A stretch of DNA of 64,000 nucleotides, from IMG/VR virus record IMGVR_UViG_3300046002_006897, one strand, 5' to 3'. A model generated the notes under the pieces. It ran no database searches, was not told the origin of the DNA, and saw only the letters and a list, made by a program, of their open reading frames with translations. Positions 61,214 to 64,000 of the stretch are shown one piece after another. Origin of the DNA: an uncultured virus (IMG/VR IMGVR_UViG_3300046002_006897) (Duplodnaviria > Heunggongvirae > Uroviricota > Caudoviricetes). Every line of letters starts with the position of its first letter. Position 1 is the first letter of the stretch. Made by a program: the position numbers and the translations under genes.

Positions 61214-61840
61214 ATGATAACAATAGCATCTGTATTAAGGTCGGGTGGAGATTATAATGCTTCACATGTCGCTATTCTAGAAGCGTCCGTAAAAAAACAT
61301 TTATCGGTCGAACATTCGTTCGTATGTTTATCGGATGTAGAATGTGGAGTTGAGCGAATCCCCCTCACCGACGGCTGGTCCGGTTGGTGGTCTAAATTGG
61401 AACTTTTTAAAATACCGGGACCAGTCATTTATTTTGACTTGGATACTATTATAATAAATAATTTAGATTCTATAGTAGAAAAAATGTTAGTCCCCGAATT
61501 CTGTATATTACGAGATGTTTTCATCGGGAAGAAAGACCCACACTCAATGCAATCAAGTGTGATGTCGTGGCGTGGAGATATGAGTGAGTTATATAAAACA
61601 TTTCTGGAGTCTCCCGAGAAATATATTAAATTATACAAAGGAGACCAAGATTTTATATATGCACAACTTGGGAAAACCAGAGCTGCGTATTATCAAGATA
61701 TATTGCCAAACAATATTATGAGTTATAAAGCACATCTCAGAGGTAAACCAATACCACCGGAAACTAAAATAGTGATATTTCACGGATTACCCAGACCATG
61801 GCAACAAACTCAAATTCCTTATGATAATATTAAAAAATAA
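61214..61840 (+). CDS. glycosyltransferase (GT8-like, phage type)
   Basis: GWWSKLELF, YFDLDTII, SSVM.W, GDQDFI, FHG.PRPW. Confidence 0.75.
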   Translation: MITIASVLRSGGDYNASHVAILEASVKKHLSVEHSFVCLSDVECGVERIPLTDGWSGWWSKLELFKIPGPVIYFDLDTIIINNLDSIVEKMLVPEFCILRDVFIGKKDPHSMQSSVMSWRGDMSELYKTFLESPEKYIKLYKGDQDFIYAQLGKTRAAYYQDILPNNIMSYKAHLRGKPIPPETKIVIFHGLPRPWQQTQIPYDNIKK

Positions 61841-62438
61841 TTGGTGGGTTCCTGAAATAGATACACACTGCTTTCAGGCGGTGTTAAAAGAAGTCGAGGC
61901 CGTCGATGAACTCGCCAACCTTTGCAAGACCAAGCGGGTGTGTATCCAAGCGGGAGGAAATCTCGGAATTTGGCCAAAAAAGCTATCTACTATATTCGAC
62001 TCGGTGTACACATTTGAACCCGACTTGGAAAATTGGCAAGCCCTTGAAAAAAATTTGGTCGGTATAAATAATATACATGCAAAAAATTGCGCGCTTGGAG
62101 CAATTCCGGGAAAAGTATCAATAGATAGACTGAAACCGAATAATGTTGGAGCGCACCAAGTTAAAGATGGGGCGGACACAGAAAGAATAACTATAGATAG
62201 TTTAAATTTGTCCGAAGTTAGTCTTATACAACTGGACGTGGAGGGAAGTGAACATGATGCGATATTGGGAGCAAAAGCTACTTTATTGCGAAGTAATCCT
62301 ATTGTTGTATTGGAGTTAAAGGGGTTGGGAAAGCGGTATGGACATTCCGACGCAAATACGGTAAAACTGCTCGGAGAGTTGGGATTTTCTCATATAAAAA
62401 CCATCAAGCGCGACTGGGTATTTTCGAAACTTTCTTGA
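61821..62438 (+). CDS. FkbM-family methyltransferase
   Basis: QAGGNLG, VYTFEP, TIDSL, LIQLDVEG.E...I.GA. Confidence 0.8.
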   Translation: MIILKNNWWVPEIDTHCFQAVLKEVEAVDELANLCKTKRVCIQAGGNLGIWPKKLSTIFDSVYTFEPDLENWQALEKNLVGINNIHAKNCALGAIPGKVSIDRLKPNNVGAHQVKDGADTERITIDSLNLSEVSLIQLDVEGSEHDAILGAKATLLRSNPIVVLELKGLGKRYGHSDANTVKLLGELGFSHIKTIKRDWVFSKLS

Positions 62439-62462
62439 CATCTAATAAAAATTATCTAAGAT
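62435..62462 (+). promoter_or_regulatory. sigma70-type promoter, probably leaderless transcript
   Basis: TTGACA-N16-TAAGAT, 6 nt before ATG 62469. Confidence 0.55.
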
Positions 62463-62468
62463 GGGTAT

Positions 62469-62915
62469 ATGAAACCCAATTTATTTGTTATGGTAGGAAT
62501 TAGCGGCTCTGGAAAGAGCACCTATTCCAACAAGTTGAAGACCGACTTTTCAGCCGAACTGGTCGAGACCGATGCAATTCGCGTGGAATTGAGCGGAGAT
62601 GCACAAGACCAGACCCAAAATGGTCGAGTATTTTCCGTTGCCAAGGACCGCGTCGCGAAGTATTTGGCGGAGGGAAAGAATGTTATTATCGACGCGACCA
62701 GTCTGTCTATCAAGGACCGTAAGGATTGGGTCGAGATTGGCAAAGCCAACTCGGCGCTCATCAATGCTTATTTTGTAGATACGCCAGTCAATGTCGCTAA
62801 ACAGAGAAATTCTTCTCGTTTGCGCCAAGTTCCGGAGTGGGTTATCGACAAGCAAGCATCTAAGCTACACGCCCCGACTCGTTCTGAGGGATTTGATGCG
62901 GTTTCCGTGGTATAA
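62469..62915 (+). CDS. P-loop polynucleotide kinase-like protein (AAA_33)
   Basis: GISGSGKST, D.IR..L, IIDAT, RN..R.R.VP..VI..Q, P...EGF. Confidence 0.8.
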   Translation: MKPNLFVMVGISGSGKSTYSNKLKTDFSAELVETDAIRVELSGDAQDQTQNGRVFSVAKDRVAKYLAEGKNVIIDATSLSIKDRKDWVEIGKANSALINAYFVDTPVNVAKQRNSSRLRQVPEWVIDKQASKLHAPTRSEGFDAVSVV

Positions 62916-62937
62916 CACCGAGTCAAACTGTTCCAAT

Positions 62938-64000
62938 ATGTACCAAGCTATTTACTGCGAGCACAAGACCGGCATTGTTCATCTATGGGACGATATAAAT
63001 GGATATGTAAATTTTAAACACAAGCCATACGCATATAAACGTTCCCAAAATGGGAAGTATATGTCGATTTATGGCGATAAGCTAGACCGGGTAGAGAAGT
63101 ATAATTTCAAAGACCCATCATTATTTGAATCCGACGTTCCGTGGGATACCCGCGTTCTGATTGATGCGTACACCGACAGTGATGAAATGAGCATAAATCA
63201 CCGGATTGCAATTTTGGACATTGAAACGGATTCCACCGGAGGATATCCCAACATAGAAATTCCGGAGCAAAAAATCACCGCTATTGCATTGAGGGATGAT
63301 GCGAACGACAAGTATTACTGTCTTGTTTTGGACGAGGAAAACGTTGTGGCGGACGAAGTGACCGGAAATATTAATATTTTAGGATATCGAACTGAGCAGT
63401 CACTGTTGACGGAGTTTCTTAAGAGATGGCGCAGCGTGAACCCGACGATTGCCACTGGGTGGAATACTGATGGATTTGACTTCATGTATCTATCGGCTCG
63501 ATTGGACGCCGTGTTAGGAGATGGCGCAAAAAATGGTTTATCTCCTATCAATGTTTGCTATTTCAATAAATATAAAGACAAGATGACGATTGCCGGAGTC
63601 AATTGTCTGGATTATCTTGTTCTATATAAAAAGTATAGCGGAAAGAACCTACCAAACTATCGACTAGATACCGTCGCAAAAGAGGAGTTGAAAGAGGGAA
63701 AGATTGTGTATCAAGGGTCGCTTGATAGCTTAAAACGCACAGACATTAAAAAATTCATCGAGTATAATTTACACGACGTTGTGTTAATCAAACGACTGAA
63801 TGATTCTCTCCAATTTATTGAATTGGCGATGTCGATTTGTCACGTATGTCACGTGGGTTATGAAGAGTTTCATGTGTCGTCCAAATTCTTGGAAGGCGCG
63901 TTGCTAACGTATCTTAGGAGAAAGCATTTGGTTGCACCAAACAAACGACCAAAGTCCGAAGAAGATATAGACGATTTAGCAATTTCCGACGGAGATGATG
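62938..64000 (+). CDS. family B DNA polymerase, 3'-truncated by window end (absent from ORF track)
   Basis: ATG 62938 MYQAIYC..., open to end; ExoI LDIETDS, ExoII TGWNTDGFDF.YL, Y.LD.VA..EL, ExoIII YNLHDV. Confidence 0.88.
   Translation, partial: MYQAIYCEHKTGIVHLWDDINGYVNFKHKPYAYKRSQNGKYMSIYGDKLDRVEKYNFKDPSLFESDVPWDTRVLIDAYTDSDEMSINHRIAILDIETDSTGGYPNIEIPEQKITAIALRDDANDKYYCLVLDEENVVADEVTGNINILGYRTEQSLLTEFLKRWRSVNPTIATGWNTDGFDFMYLSARLDAVLGDGAKNGLSPINVCYFNKYKDKMTIAGVNCLDYLVLYKKYSGKNLPNYRLDTVAKEELKEGKIVYQGSLDSLKRTDIKKFIEYNLHDVVLIKRLNDSLQFIELAMSICHVCHVGYEEFHVSSKFLEGALLTYLRRKHLVAPNKRPKSEEDIDDLAISDGDD

Noticed and set aside
1..64000. Active stop-codon reassignment (code 15 or code 4)
   Set aside because: Conserved genes are full length in code 11, and TGA terminates genes at expected ends (e.g. 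tail tube).
1..64000. tRNA or rRNA genes
   Set aside because: No cloverleaf or T-loop (GTTCGA) pattern recognised in the short intergenic gaps by eye; a tRNAscan-SE run would be needed to be certain.

Overview
This window is a 64-kb, gene-dense, AT-rich segment of a large tailed (myovirus-type, probably jumbo) bacteriophage genome. Nearly all genes are on the + strand and read cleanly in code 11. In order: (1-12 kb) tail fibre/spike and Gly-rich adhesin-like genes, including a long S-G-T/N-G-T triplet-repeat protein; an inverted sulfotransferase + GT8 pair; tail sheath; a ~6 kb insert (two endonucleases, HAD phosphatases, nucleotidyltransferase, SLOG protein, Rnl2-type RNA ligase); tail tube; a class I peptide release factor; small proteins sharing an N-terminal helix; baseplate/tape-measure module; replication module (PolA-like, SSB, UvsX/RecA, 5'-3' exonuclease, ATP-grasp, helicase, NrdB/NrdA); rIIA/rIIB; a Thr/Pro mucin-like protein followed by a glycosyl/methyltransferase cluster; a kinase; and the start of a family B DNA polymerase. 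The most striking observation is the release factor. It has an RF1-like body lacking domain 1 and an altered specificity loop (PKN). It appears to be expressed through an RF2/prfB-type +1 frameshift cassette (GGGGG-TCA-CTT-TGA-C) that the ORF track misses. None of the 63 complete genes I called ends in TAG. All functional calls come from motif recognition by eye; no database search was run.
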